64,000 bases of DNA from the human T2T-CHM13v2.0 reference genome, Homo sapiens: the NCBI RefSeq assembly GCF_009914755.1, contig NC_060929.1; one strand, given 5' to 3'. Shown one piece after another: positions 1 to 14,578 of the stretch (its first letter is position 1; each line of letters begins with the position of its first letter). The notes under the pieces are model-generated. The model was given only the letters and a program-made list of their open reading frames with translations. It did no database searches and had not been told where the DNA came from. Position numbers and translations under genes: made by a program.

Positions 1-175
1 ACTTCATCAACACACAACAATCTGGATAAGTGTTAGCAATATAATATTAAGTGAAAGAAGTTCCAGAAGATTACATAAAGCACAGTATCCTCTAAGTACA
101 TAAAAATAAAGTTTATAAGGAAAAAGATACAGAAACAACAAAAAATGTATAATACAAAAAAGGAATGATGGAATG
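1..175 (+). mobile_element. Old L1M (L1MC/ME-like) 3' fragment
   Basis: 'acaacaatctggataagt...ataatattaagtgaaagaag' resembles the end of ORF2/3'UTR of old L1M elements; highly diverged. Confidence 0.55.
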
Positions 176-177
176 AT

Positions 178-310
178 ATCTTGTGGGCCATATATAGTCT
201 CTGTCATATATATATATTTTTTAATAATCCTTTGAAAATCTAAAAAATATTCTTAGCTTCTAGGCCATGCAAATTTACCCCACAGGCTAGAGTTTGCCTG
301 CTTGTGTTCT
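178..310 (+). mobile_element. MER58C-like hAT-Charlie DNA transposon fragment
   Basis: 'ttgtgggccata...gtctctgtc', 'aaaaatattcttagc' and 'cccacaggctagagtttgcc' match remembered MER58 family motifs. Confidence 0.6.
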
Positions 311-1619
311 ATAGCCTAGTTGCAATTATAATTCGTATTTTACTAATAGTTAGATAAAATGATCTAAATTTCAAAATTTTTAGTTTCCTTTTTCAAGATA
401 AAATCTTAACCACACTTTCCCTCATTATTTTCTATGCACATTTGGTTTATTTTTAACTGGATTCGTTTTTGGTAGACTTTTAAGTACCATGTATTGAATA
501 ATTAAAAATTACAATGTGTACTTTTTTTTGTTTTCATAGGATCACACACACACATCTTACAGTAAATAGTTCTTTGGGCAATTATCCAAATAATTGGGCT
601 TAAAACATTACTTTTACTTGAAATACCAAACAATAGAAGCAGATATAGTTTTATTTTTAAAATAACTGTCTCACTTTCTGCAGAAAGATACCTTGTTTTT
701 GTGTCTTATGAAATAAGCAGATATACCCTGAGCTTAGGAAGAACACCTCAAATTTTAATAAAACCAGCACTGCTTTTTCCTTAAGGTAGGTATCAATCTA
801 CTGGAAGAATGTAAGGATATGTCACAATTCTCATATTATTAGTACTAATTGCCAGCTACCTAACCAGAAAAAAATGTAGCCCTTAGTGTTAGCACAATTG
901 AAATTCTGATCCAGGACTAGTAAGCTCGTTGAGAGACTGAGAAGCAGTAAATTCTGCAATAAAGGACTTTGTCTGCATATAAAATGACTCTCAGCGTTGA
1001 CCCTGAAATGAAATCAAGTTGAAAATTGATTGGGGGAAAAATCAGTTGGGATAGTTATAGCATATTTATTTATGATTTTATAGTTACTAAGAGATTAAAG
1101 GCTGTTTCCCTCATCACTGTATCTTTACAATGACAAATCCCCATAAATATTCTAGAACAAAGTTGAAAAGCACCAAAGTAGGGATCAGATGGTTTAAGGT
1201 TCTTCCTGGGTCAGTGCTGGCTTTCTGTGCCTTGCATCTAATCCCCGGTCCTCATCTGTGAAATACAGTCATCAGAAAATCTCAGCACAAAAATTGCTCT
1301 GGGGATTCTGGGAAGATGCATGGCTATTTCTAGTCATTTGGGATTCCTAGTAAAATCACCTTACCAACTTGGCCATGAAAGTCAGTGGGTGGAGTGAATG
1401 AGAAGGGGGTGGTCAAGGAGGTGTTGGGAGTACTAAAGAACATAGTGGAGGAATCCTTGCCCTTTGTTTCAGCTGTAGTCTGTAATAGGCAAAGGTCTGT
1501 AGCAAAGCTGGGTTTTTAAAGAAGTGCAGGTTATTCATCAGAAACTAACTCAGAGTCAGATTCCAAGATGCTAAGGAAACTCAAGTTGTCTAAAATTGGT
1601 AGCTTGGTAGGAATTTTAT

Positions 1620-1698
1620 AGTAGTGTAGGTCAGTGTCTTACTTGTCTTTGTATTACCTATGTCTGAAATATAGGAAGTACTCAATAAATGTTTGGGG
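1620..1698 (+). mobile_element. L2 3' terminal fragment
   Basis: Ends in the L2 3' hallmark 'taggaagtactcaataaatgtttg'. Confidence 0.6.
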
Positions 1699-2396
1699 AA
1701 AGAAGAGAAGGAAAAGAAGAAAGAAAAGGAAGTGTGCTCTTTGTTAGTTTTCCTAAAAATGCCTCAAGCTAATTAATGCAAGGGAATTCAAAATAAAGGT
1801 CAGACTGGAGGTGAAGCAAAATCTGTATGTGTCATCTGTGGGAATCAAGTCTGGAAATGTATTTCCTCTGGGCAGAGGGCAGCGGTGTATCCAATGTGTA
1901 TGTAACTGGAGATGTCAAAGCCTCTTTGAAAACAAATGTAGACAATCTTTAGCCTTACGGGTCTGGTTACATTTTTGTGCTAATGCTCTTTATAATATAA
2001 GTGGGAATCATCACTGAGACTAGAATGGGAAGTGGTAGATTCAAAAGTATATTTAGAATTCTCTCTGGAGTGTGGATATATCAAATAGTGTCCAAATCTA
2101 TTTTCTAACAAATCTAAATTTAAAGTGTCTTCAGAGTCTTCGACTATCAGGTTTGCTGGGAAATGGGTTGAATCTGGCAACAAGGCAATGTTATACCGTT
2201 TTATGAGTTTTGCCCAAAAGGTTGATGCAAATATAGCTATGTGTGTTATTCTGAAAAACTAAAATCCTCGGTAATGGGCCATGTTATTACTTGATATTAT
2301 TAAACTCAGCATGTTGCTAATGAATGAAGCTTATAAATTCACAGAGAAATGTTATATGCTTCTTTTATTTTTTAGGCCTTAAAAAAAGGCTTCTAT

Positions 2397-3212
2397 TGCT
2401 ATTACCAAAAAGACAAGAGATAACAAATGTTGGTGAGGGTGTGGAGAAAAGGGAACCCTAGTACACTGTTGGTAGGGATGTAATTCGGCGCAGTCATTAT
2501 AGAAGACACTATAGAGGTTACTAAAGAAATTAAAAATAGAACTGTCATATGATCCAGGAATCCCTCTTCTGAGTATATATGCAAAGGAAATTAAATCACC
2601 AAGCCCTATAAAAATACTTGCATTCCCAGGTTTATTGCATTTGTCATTCACAAAAGCCAAGGTATGGAAACAACTGATAAAAAGTGTCCATCAACAGACA
2701 AATGGATAAAGAAAATGTGAGATTATATATTGGTATATAAATATCATGTATATATTATTTTGCCTTAAAAAAGGAGATCCTACCATTTGTCACAACATAG
2801 ATTGAACTCAAGGACATTATGCTAAATGAAATTAGCCAGACCCAGAAAGAAAATTAATGCATGATCTCACTTATATGTGGGATATAAAAACAAAGGTCAA
2901 ATATACAAAGACAGAAAATTAACAGTGGTTACTAGGGGTGGTGGGATTTGAAGAGAGAAAACGAGAAGATGTAGGTCAAGGGATCCAAAGTAGCAGATAT
3001 GTATGACAAATAGGTCTAGAGATCTAACATAATATGAGGACTATAGTTAATAAAATTGTATTGTATTCAGGATTTTTGTTAAGATTTTTTAGAAGCTCTT
3101 GTCATAGAAAAAAGTAACGATATGAAGTTATATATATATATTAATTTTCTTCCCTCTAAAAACCTTTTGTATCTCATACCATCAGTTTGTAAATCTCAAG
3201 CATACAAAACAA
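2397..3212 (+). mobile_element. L1MA (L1MA6/7-like) 5'-truncated: ORF2 C-terminus plus 3'UTR
   Basis: 'aacaaatgttggtgagggtgtggagaaaagggaaccctagtacactgttggt' (CCHC region), L1MA 3'UTR 'tctagagatctaa...gaggactatagttaataa', A-rich tail. Confidence 0.85.
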
Positions 3213-3332
3213 AACAAAAAACAAAACATGGATGCTAGAGTTAAACACAAAACAAGACAAGTAAACACAAAACAAAACAAAAAACAAATTAAACACAAAA
3301 CAAAACAAAAAACAAAACATGAATGCTAGAGT
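3205..3332 (+). repeat. (CAAAA)n tail-derived repeat with a 91-bp-period duplication
   Basis: 'aaaacaaaaaacaaaacatgRatgctagagt' occurs twice (catg at 3227 and 3318); 'taaacacaaaacaa' occurs three times between them. Confidence 0.85.
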
Positions 3333-3761
3333 CCAAATTACCCTTAAATTGGCTTTGTTAATTCATGGGGAAAGAAACAAAAAACATTTAAAAACTCCTG
3401 GAAATTTAAGATACGACGATTCCCAATTAAGAGAAAGTAAATTCTAGGTAGGCATTAGAAGCGTATTTCTGGTTCTGATCCTTTTCGTTAAAAAATTATT
3501 TATATACACTGGAAATATATTGGACTCATTTTAATTCATGTGTTTGACTTCTAACCTCTTTCAAAACTAGGTTAGATTGAATGTTGGCAACCATGACAGC
3601 CATGGTCCATTGGCATCTGTGTCAGTCATGAACTTTGGTGAATGGAGAGGACTTGCTTTATAAGGTTGCTTTATTTAAATCAGATTGATCAGTTTGGGGA
3701 GAGAATATGATCTCACACTATGTGGCTAAAGGAATGGAGTGAGGCAGGGGGAGGTTGTATG

Positions 3762-3889
3762 AACCATGAATTTATTTGCTAATGTAAATATTTTAAATAT
3801 TTTATTGTTTTTACATATGCTTTTTAACCATGAATTTATTTATTAATGTAAATATATTAAATATTTTATGGTTTTTACATATGCTTTTA
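3762..3889. repeat. Tandem duplication, 2 x 64 bp
   Basis: 'aaccatgaatttattt...ttttacatatgctttt' starts at 3762 and again at 3826, with a few mismatches. Confidence 0.9.
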
Positions 3890-4460
3890 AAATTGAAGTA
3901 TTGTACCATTTTATGGTAACATTCAGAAAAGCACACAATTCATAAATTTATTGTCCCATGAGTTTCATAAACTGAACAAAAGACCTATATCAAGAAGCAA
4001 TATTACCAAGACTCCAAGAAGATCCCTCTAGCCCCTTCTAGTCATTATTCACCCCTTCCTGTCAGGGTAACCACTATCATGACTTCTAGCATCACATAGT
4101 ATCTTTCCCTGTATTTATATATTACAGAAATGAAGTCATATAATATGTACTCTTTTGTGTCTACCTTTTTTGTTATATTTGTGAGATTTATCCACATTAT
4201 TGCACAGTGTAGTTTGTTCATTCTTATCGCTGTGCAATAAACCATTATGTGTATATAACACCTTTTATATTCATTCTATTTGGGTTGTTTCCAGTTTTTG
4301 GATATGACAAATAGTGTTGCTATGAACATTACTATGAATATCTTTTCATGAATATATGTATACATTTCTGATGAGTATACAGCAAAGAGTGGGATTATTG
4401 GATCATGTTTATGTTCCTTTTTTATAGATATTGACAAGCATCTTTCCAAAGGGGTTGTAT
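3890..4460 (-). mobile_element. Old L1M (L1ME-like) 3' fragment
   Basis: Antisense L1 motifs 'tttgtgagatttatcca', 'tttgggttgtttccagtttttgg', 'gctatgaacatt'. Confidence 0.8.
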
Positions 4461-4854
4461 AGGTCCCCAGTTTTTGAAGGGGAAACTTCTGTAGCTATGG
4501 TATAGGCCAATGGGAATCCAAGTAGCAGCTGAGCTCCAAGATTTGGTGAATGTCTTAATGGGGACTCAAGATCAGAAATGTGTACATCAAAGCCATGTAT
4601 CAGATGGGAAGGTTCTAGGGGTCGGGGTGGGGAATAGGGCTCTGCTTAAGCAACATGATGGAAATTTAATGGAAGATATGAAGAATGTATCCAAATCTCA
4701 AAACAGTAATAATAACACAAGCTGCCAAAGGGAATTTCAGTGGTCAGTACCTTGGCCTAATTAGCTGTGTGATATATTATCTGAGTTCACCAGTCATATG
4801 GAAATGAGAGCTCAGGGGTAATATTTACCTCTTGGTAGTCATATTCATGTTATC

Positions 4855-5010
4855 AAATATTTGTATGTCAAAGACATTCACAATAATGTCATAGCAACAC
4901 TACTTGTAATAGTCAAAAACTGAAAACAACTGAAATAAAATGGATATATAAAAGGTATTATATATACATAATGGATTACTACACAGCAATAAAAATGAAC
5001 ACGCTACAGA
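4855..5010 (+). mobile_element. Old L1M ORF2-end fragment
   Basis: 'catagcaacactacttgtaatagtcaaaaactgaaaacaac...atggattactacacagcaataaaaatgaac'. Confidence 0.7.
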
Positions 5011-5292
5011 ATACAAAGACTTTGGGAGTACAAGTGTGGTAAGTTTTACAGATGAGATGGAGGTCAGAGAAGTTAAATAATTTGCACAAGATTGTAAACT
5101 GCAGAAATGGAATATTTTTTCTTTTGATTTTGCTTTTTTATAAAAGTATTTATTGAGGTATAATTTACATATAATAAAAATACCCATTTTAAGTATACAG
5201 TTTGATAATTTTGACAAACATATACAGTTGTGTAATAACTACTGCAATCAAGATATGAAACATTTCTGTTACTCCAAAAATAAACCCTCCTG

Positions 5293-5446
5293 GGCTGGGC
5301 GCGGTGGCTCACACCTGTAATCCCAGCTACTCAGGAGGCTAAGGCAGGAGAATCACTTGAACCTGGAGATGTAGGTTGCAGTGAGCTGAGATCACGCCAT
5401 TGCATTCCAGCCTGGGTGAGAGAGCAAGACTCTGTCTCAAAAAAAT
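5293..5446 (+). mobile_element. Monomer-length AluS (left-arm start fused to right arm)
   Basis: 'ggctgggcgcggtggctcacacctgtaatcccagc' runs directly into right-arm 'tactcaggaggct...gagaatcacttgaacc'; TSD 'accctcctg' at 5284-5292 and 5550-5558. Confidence 0.9.
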
Positions 5447-5550
5447 TATATATATATATATAATATAGAAATATATTTTTTATAGAAAATTATATTTATT
5501 TATATATACATACATTTATATATATGTGTGTGTGTATATATACACACACA
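5447..5550. repeat. (TA)n/(TG)n/(CA)n compound microsatellite derived from the Alu tail
   Basis: Direct reading; lies between the Alu body and its 3' TSD. Confidence 0.9.
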
Positions 5551-6351
5551 CCCTCCTGCCCCTTCGTAGTGTATCTCTTTCTCCATCCGTAGTTCTTGGC
5601 AATGACTAAACTATTTTTTGTCCCCAGAGTTTCGCCTTTTTTTCAAATGTCACATAAATGGAATCATCAGTATGCCTTTTGCATCAGGCTTCCTTCACTT
5701 AGGATAATAATTTTGAGATTAATTAGTGTATCAGTAGTTCATTCATTTTTATTATAGAGTGGTAATCTATTCTATGGATTTTGATTATCCATTTACCAAC
5801 GGATAGATATTTGAATTACTTTCAGTTGGGGGCTGAAAGAAACTCATATGATTTACACACAGGTCTTTGCATGATCAGAAGGACACAAGTTTTTATTTAC
5901 TTAGGGTAAATACTTATGAGTGGCATTGCTAAATCATTTGGTAAGTGTATCTGTACATTTTTAAGGAACTGGCAAACTGTTTTCAAACTGGCTCTACCAT
6001 TTGGGATTCCCACCAGCCTTTTATGAGATTTTCACCTGCTTCAAATCCTTCTGAGCACTTGGTATTGTCAATCTTTTTTATTTTTAACCTTTTCAGTGGG
6101 ATTTCATTGTGGTTTTCATTTGCATTTCCCTAATGCTTAATGGTGCTAATCATCTTTCCATGATCTTATTTTCAATTCTTTCCTGAAATTTCTGTTCAAA
6201 GCTTTTGTCTGTTATTCAGTTGGGTTTTTTTTTTTTCTTCTTTTGAGTTTAAGGCTTCTTTGTATAGCTTAGATACAAGACTTCTATTAATTATATATAG
6301 TATTTCATGAATATTTTTCCCTGGTTATGGCTTATATTTTCATTTTCTTAA

Positions 6352-6717
<366 letters not shown>

Positions 6718-8454
6718 AGAATTTTCATTATGTTCAATTTGTCATTTTTTTCTTTTATGATTCATGCTAAGAAATTTTGTTTAACTGAAAGTCAAAAGAT
6801 TTTTGTCCTATGTTTTCTTTGAGAAGTGTTATCGTTTTAGCTTTTATATATGAGCCTAGAATCCATTTTAAGTTAATTTCTCTATATGGCAAAAAGTAAG
6901 AGTCAAGGCTCATTTTTTTCATATGACTGTCCAATTGTTCCAACACTGTTGAATAGACTACATTGTCTTCATTTAATCCCCTTGGCATCTTCATCAAAAA
7001 CTAATTGACCAATTATGACCAGGTCAGGGCTGAGATTTGAGTTTAGAACTATTTGACCTTACAGCCCATGGTCTTCTGCTGTGCAGTATTATGACATTTT
7101 AATTACATAGATAGGAAGTCTTTGCCCTAGACCAGAAGACTCAGGAGGGTGGAGATACTTAATCATCCTACCAGTTGAGACAAACAAGCAGGATAAGATT
7201 TTTCACTATAGAAAATTTGAAATTGAATTCACCATTGTCCATTGAAATATTCTAACTACAAAGGTGTGAATCCTTTTATACCTATCAATTATCATCCCCC
7301 TCTAATGTCTTAGATATTTCTAAAAGTATTCAGGTTACCTTCCTTGTGAACAGAGCCCTCACCTTATTCCAGTCCAGCCTTATCATGCTGCCTCTGCTAC
7401 TGCAGCCACCCTTAATGTCATGACTCTATTGGGCTAAGTTGTTCTCTACATGTGTTTCTGTTCCTATAATTTTGGTCTCAGGAGATGGGGCTCTGCTTTT
7501 CCCTATGCCTTTATCCTAATCAAGAGCTTGGCGCTTATTAAATTCCCATGTGGCAGAGAGCAGCTGGTAACTTTTAAGGAAACACAAATGTAATATTTAC
7601 AAGCTCACAGACTGAGGCCCAAGCCTGTCCTATGGACCTCTGAGAGCTAATTTCTCATCTCATCTCTGCCTGCTTCTATGTGACTAGGGGAGCTCAACAA
7701 CCATAACCATAAATGCACCAGGCACTTCCACATCCAAGAGTCAAAGCAAAGTTAATCCCATTCCCCAAGAGAGAAGCAAGTTTCTCTTTAGCCCTTTGTT
7801 TCACACATCCCTCTTGGAATGTTCGGCTGTGAGAACATCCATTCCCTTTCAGGTAGACTGTCCACTTGGGAGTAGTCCAGTTAGTTTCTAGCCTGACAAA
7901 GCAATTATACAAGTATTCACAAGTATTTTTCTCAAAATCTGGTTTAATCTCATTCTTGTTGTAGTATGAAAATGTTTAGAATTTAATTTTGAAATCAATA
8001 GACAATAAGGAGTGTAGAAAATCCTCTATATACCTTCATCTTATATTTTACTCCCTACTACATTTTGCTGACTCGAAGAAATAATAAACTGAGTCTGAGA
8101 TATTTAGTTGATGAGAGGTATATGCCTCTTCAAATTAAGAAAATTTTATCTTTCATGTAGAGTGGTAGGATTATTGACACATGCAGTATTTGTATATACT
8201 CACAATCCCCTCTCTATTGTGTCCTTAGCAGAGGAGGCGAGGCCAGTTCACTTCCTTCTCCCACACATGCAACTCTTTCCAGCAGCAGTATTCATACATA
8301 TTATAAGAAAAAATTTCCTCCTCACAGGAAAGTTGGGGTTCACACATCATTTCTCTTAGCCTTTTTATTGGCATGAGCACTCCCATACTGGGAATGTGAC
8401 GTTTAAGGATTTAAGAAGGAGGTGATAGTTGGGAAACTCAGAGTCTTCATTTGA

Positions 8455-8655
8455 GCAGCATAACTTGTGGTTATTATAATGGCTTTGGCATTAGGAAGCT
8501 CTTGGTATTAATTGGTTTTAATCCTGGTTCTACCAATTACTAGTTGAATAAGTAACTTGTTTAACTAGTTGAGTAACTACAGGCAAATTACTTAACCTCT
8601 GAACTCATTTTCCTCAGCTGTAATAATTCAATATGATAATAAGTGTCATGTAGTT
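8455..8655 (+). mobile_element. MIR
   Basis: 'aatcctggttctacc...aggcaaattacttaacctctgaactcattttcctcagctgtaa'. Confidence 0.75.
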
Positions 8656-8659
8656 AAAC

Positions 8660-8876
8660 CAAGTGATATACCAAGATGGTGATAGTGGAGTGGTTTTCCC
8701 AGATGCGGATAATAGAGTGTGCATTGTCTGAGAAGAATTTAAAATAGTAACACTTACTAAAAGTGGGGTTTTAACTCCGGATTACTATGTGTCATCAATT
8801 CTAAACATTTTCAGTAATAAAATACTCCACCCTACCAGGTAACTGATTCCATCATTTCTACTTTGATATACCATGG
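8660..8876 (+). mobile_element. Arthur1A/MER69A-like hAT-Tip100 element
   Basis: 'gtgcattgtctgagaagaatttaaaa', 'caattctaaacattttcagtaataaaatactcc'; degenerate terminal inverted repeats (gtgatataccaag / ctttgatataccat). Confidence 0.7.
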
Positions 8877-10957
8877 AGTAGTTAAGAGATATCAGCCTCT
8901 TTTATAAGAGATATCAATGTGTGCATATATTTTTTGGAAGGGCAACTGAGACTGGATGATAAGACAAGCTCAGCCCTAGCTTCTCAGTTCTCTATATGAG
9001 TTTGCAGAAATAAGGTTATAAAAGGCTTTTTTTTTTCTGTGTGAAGACACAGATTACAGCTGTGGATTAATTCCTTGGTTAAGAGTTTGGTTCTTTCACA
9101 ACCTCCACAGAATAATTTAATTGACAAAATAAGTTCAATTTTACATTATCTTTTGATAAAAATAATCTGATGTCAAAAATTACAGTATTCCAAATCTTTC
9201 TTCTAAAGAAATAACATTGTTCATCTCAACATTCTACTGAGGAGAGAGATTTTGTACCTCTTAGAAAAATAAGCCAATTAGCTCCAAAAGAAGTATTCAC
9301 TATTAAGCAATTAAAATAGGTATTTGCTAAAGATAACTTTGTGTCTTCCTTTCTGAATGTGATTCAAAGGCATAATTAGCTCTGAGAGGAAGTGATGTGG
9401 TTATTGATGAAATATTCTTTCTGTCCTTGCTTTTCACCCTGCAGATAGAATGGATTCAGATGTACCTTAATTCCTAACTTTTCTTTCATTTTCATAGGAT
9501 TGAATAGGGACTGATGTTCATGGTCTTTTATTTTTTGAGCAGAAAGTTCAACATTTTCCATCTAATATATTGTCAAGTCCATCGTATCTATTGGCAAGTC
9601 CATGAATTCTGCCACACAACTAAAAAAAAGGTCACCCAGTTAGGTGATTTACATTTTTTTCTTGCTGTAGTACTTTTTTCCCTCTAAGGACCTAAGCACT
9701 GGTATTACTTTTTATTACTTTTGCATTATGCTGAGGCATTATTTTGTTTTCTAAACCTAAGTAGCTGTCTGATGGTTCACTTGAAGACACAGGTTTCGGA
9801 CTTTGTTCTTCTTAATGATAGTAAAATGAAAAATGATTTAGAATCTTCAGTGGATACTTGATTGCTAGAAATAAGACCTCCAAGTTTTGTTGCAGATACA
9901 GCTATTTTGATAATCCCTATCCATATTATCAGAGATTATTCTTACTAACACTCAGTCACTGTGCCATTTGAGCCAAAACTTATCTATTTATCTAGCCTAA
10001 TCCCTCTTCCAAGAAAAAAATCCCCATTCTCCACATTTGATACTAATCTCAATGCTTCAGTGATAATTTTAGTGTTTTCAATGCATTCTCACAGATATAG
10101 GTATTTAGGGGCTAGGTACCGTCTTCTGCCCTAGCCATCTGGCTAAATGCTTAAGAGGCTTTGTGTTAAACCACGCCACTAATGCAGTGAGAATCAGAGC
10201 TGGCTTTCCTGATGTCAGCTAATCTCACACATTTATTTCAAAGTGAAAATTTGTCACTACTTTTCCATTTAAGTAAATTTTTTACATCATTTTCTGTTTC
10301 TGGAGCAGAGATTTAATTTTTGGAACATATATTCTAACATAGAAGTAATACAACATATTTCATCAAGGGTGTCATTATTATAGCTCCCAATATTATTTAG
10401 TGGAACCAAATATTTTGTAAGTGCACAACCAGGCCAAGCCCCATCAATATATGTGAGACAAAAGCTAAGTTTTCCATGATATGTTTTTCTCTAAAGTTGT
10501 CTTTTTAACCTTGTAAGGAAAGAAACAACAAGAACAAAATAACTTGGACTTTCAATTTTTTCCTTATATTATTCTTAAAGTGGAAGAGGTAGAGCCAGTC
10601 ACCCAAGAAATGACAGTGTCTCAGAAAGAGAGCATTAATGCTATGTTCCTTGATGTTACTACTGTCTGGGAGAAGGGAAAATATTGCAGTATTCATGTTT
10701 CCATGGTACCACACACTGCATTCAGGATGACTGTAAAGATGATAAGAAGAATTTACTTTTATTCATTTTGTACCAAACCTGAAAACTAAGCTGGACACTA
10801 TAATAGATATCAGATTATATTTTAGGGGCATCAGGCATCCAAGCAAGTAGCACATTTTTTTAGTTTTCTATTATCCTATTTGGTTTTACCAGGAAAAAAA
10901 AAACAATTTTCATTTATTTTCTTTTGTTGTACAAAGATCAATTGAACTACACGGGTT

Positions 10958-11380
10958 GAATTAGTTACCTCTTTTTGTATAACAAATTACCACAAACTCA
11001 GTAGCTTAAAATATCTTCCAGGGCTGAGGTCTCATCAGAAGGTTGGACTAGGGAAGAATATATTTCCAAGGTCACACAGCAGAAGTCAGTTCCTTATGGG
11101 TTGCCATACTGAAAGTCTCAGTTCCTAGCTATTGGCTGGCAGCTGCTCACAGTTCCTTGCAATGTGGCAGCTTGCTTCATCAAAGTGTGTAAGCCAAGAA
11201 ATTTAACAGAGAGATTCTGCTAGCAAGATAGAAGTCACAGTCTCATATAATGTAATCACAGACGTGCTGTCTCTTCAATGTGGTTGCATTCTACCTGTTA
11301 GAAACAGGTTGCTTCCGGAACTAACATTCTATTGAAAGGTGTAGATAGTAAGGTAGTAGGCGAATAAATAATTGACATAG
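10958..11380 (-). mobile_element. MLT1 (MLT1F-like) MaLR solo LTR
   Basis: 'taacaaattaccacaaactcagtagcttaaaa', 'gggctgaggtctcatc', 'gcagcttgcttcatcaaag'. Confidence 0.75.
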
Positions 11381-11539
11381 TTACAGGTATATCTAAGAGC
11401 TGTGAAGGCAAGATAGGTACAATGATACATATAGAAATGTCACTTTTAATGAGATATAAGTTAAGATTCTCTGAGAATTTGATATTTGAGCAGACATGAA
11501 TATGTGGGAGTAGGGCATTCCAGGCTGGGAGAATAGCAA

Positions 11540-11876
11540 TGATATGGTTTGGCTGTGTCCCCAACCAAATCTCATCTTGCATTGTAGTTCCCATAATCTC
11601 CATGTGTCTTGGGAGGGACCCGGTAGGAGATAATGTAATCATGGGGGTGGTTCCTTCATGCTGTTCTAATGATAGTGAGTGAGTTCTCATGAGATCTGAT
11701 GGTTTTATAAGGGGCTTTTTCCCCTTTTCTTGGCACTACTACTTCCAGCTGCCATGTGAAGAAGAAAGTGTTTGCTTTCCCTTCTGCCATGATTATAAGT
11801 TTCCTGAGGCCTCCCCGGCCCTGCAGAACTGAGCCAATTAAACCTCTTTATAGAACTATAAGAATGGACTAATACA
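11540..11876 (+). mobile_element. THE1 (THE1C/D-like) MaLR solo LTR
   Basis: TG...CA termini 'tgatatggtttggctgtgtcccc' to 'gactaataca'; 5-bp TSD agcaa/aacaa; small deletion after 'aattaaacctcttt'. Confidence 0.92.
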
Positions 11877-12090
11877 AACAAACACGAAGTTCATGGCTTG
11901 GGAATTCGTTTGGAGTATTGTAGAAATAGCAAGAGGCTAGTGTGAATGGTGAGAAATGAATGAGGAGGAAATAAACACACACAGCTGTGCAAGGCCCAGG
12001 TCATTAGAGCCCCAAAGGGCATGGAAAGAAAGAGGTTTAAATGTATTCTAAATGTAGTGGAAAGCCACTGGAGTCTTTTGTATTTGAGAA

Positions 12091-12507
12091 TGTACTAATT
12101 AGGGTAATTCTAGCTACTGTCAGTAACAAACCCGAAATATACTATGGCACCAATGGCAGTACAATATTATTTATCATTTATGTAAAATTCAGAACATCTA
12201 TTCCTGACCAGTGGAAAATTCTCCTTCAGAGAGTGATTCAGTGACCCAGCCTTCCATCTGGAGGCAAGTTGCATGCTTGCAGCATCAAGTTAGCAGAAAG
12301 GGAAAGAACACAGGGAATCATACATATTAATAGAAGGGTTTGGGGATTTAGACTTGGCAGTGGCAAATATTACTTTTTCTCATATTTCATTGGCTAAAAC
12401 TGAGTGGTAATACCACATCTAACTGCAAGAGAAATTGCAAAATTGACTCTAGTTTTGAAAATAAGAAGAAAAGATAGATTGTTAAACAACTAACTCTTCT
12501 CTGCCAT
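12091..12507 (-). mobile_element. MLT1J-like MaLR LTR
   Basis: 'ctagctactgtcagtaacaaacccg', 'gtgattcagtgacccag', 'tttcattggctaaaact', 'tctaactgcaag', ends 'ctctgcca'. Confidence 0.7.
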
Positions 12508-12523
12508 GGAGCATGAGCTATTC

Positions 12524-14578
<2,055 letters not shown>

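Noticed and set aside
9410-9500. Two pyrimidine-tract/AG acceptors (9444, 9497)
   Set aside because: No convincing downstream donor or ORF; such motifs are common in T-rich DNA
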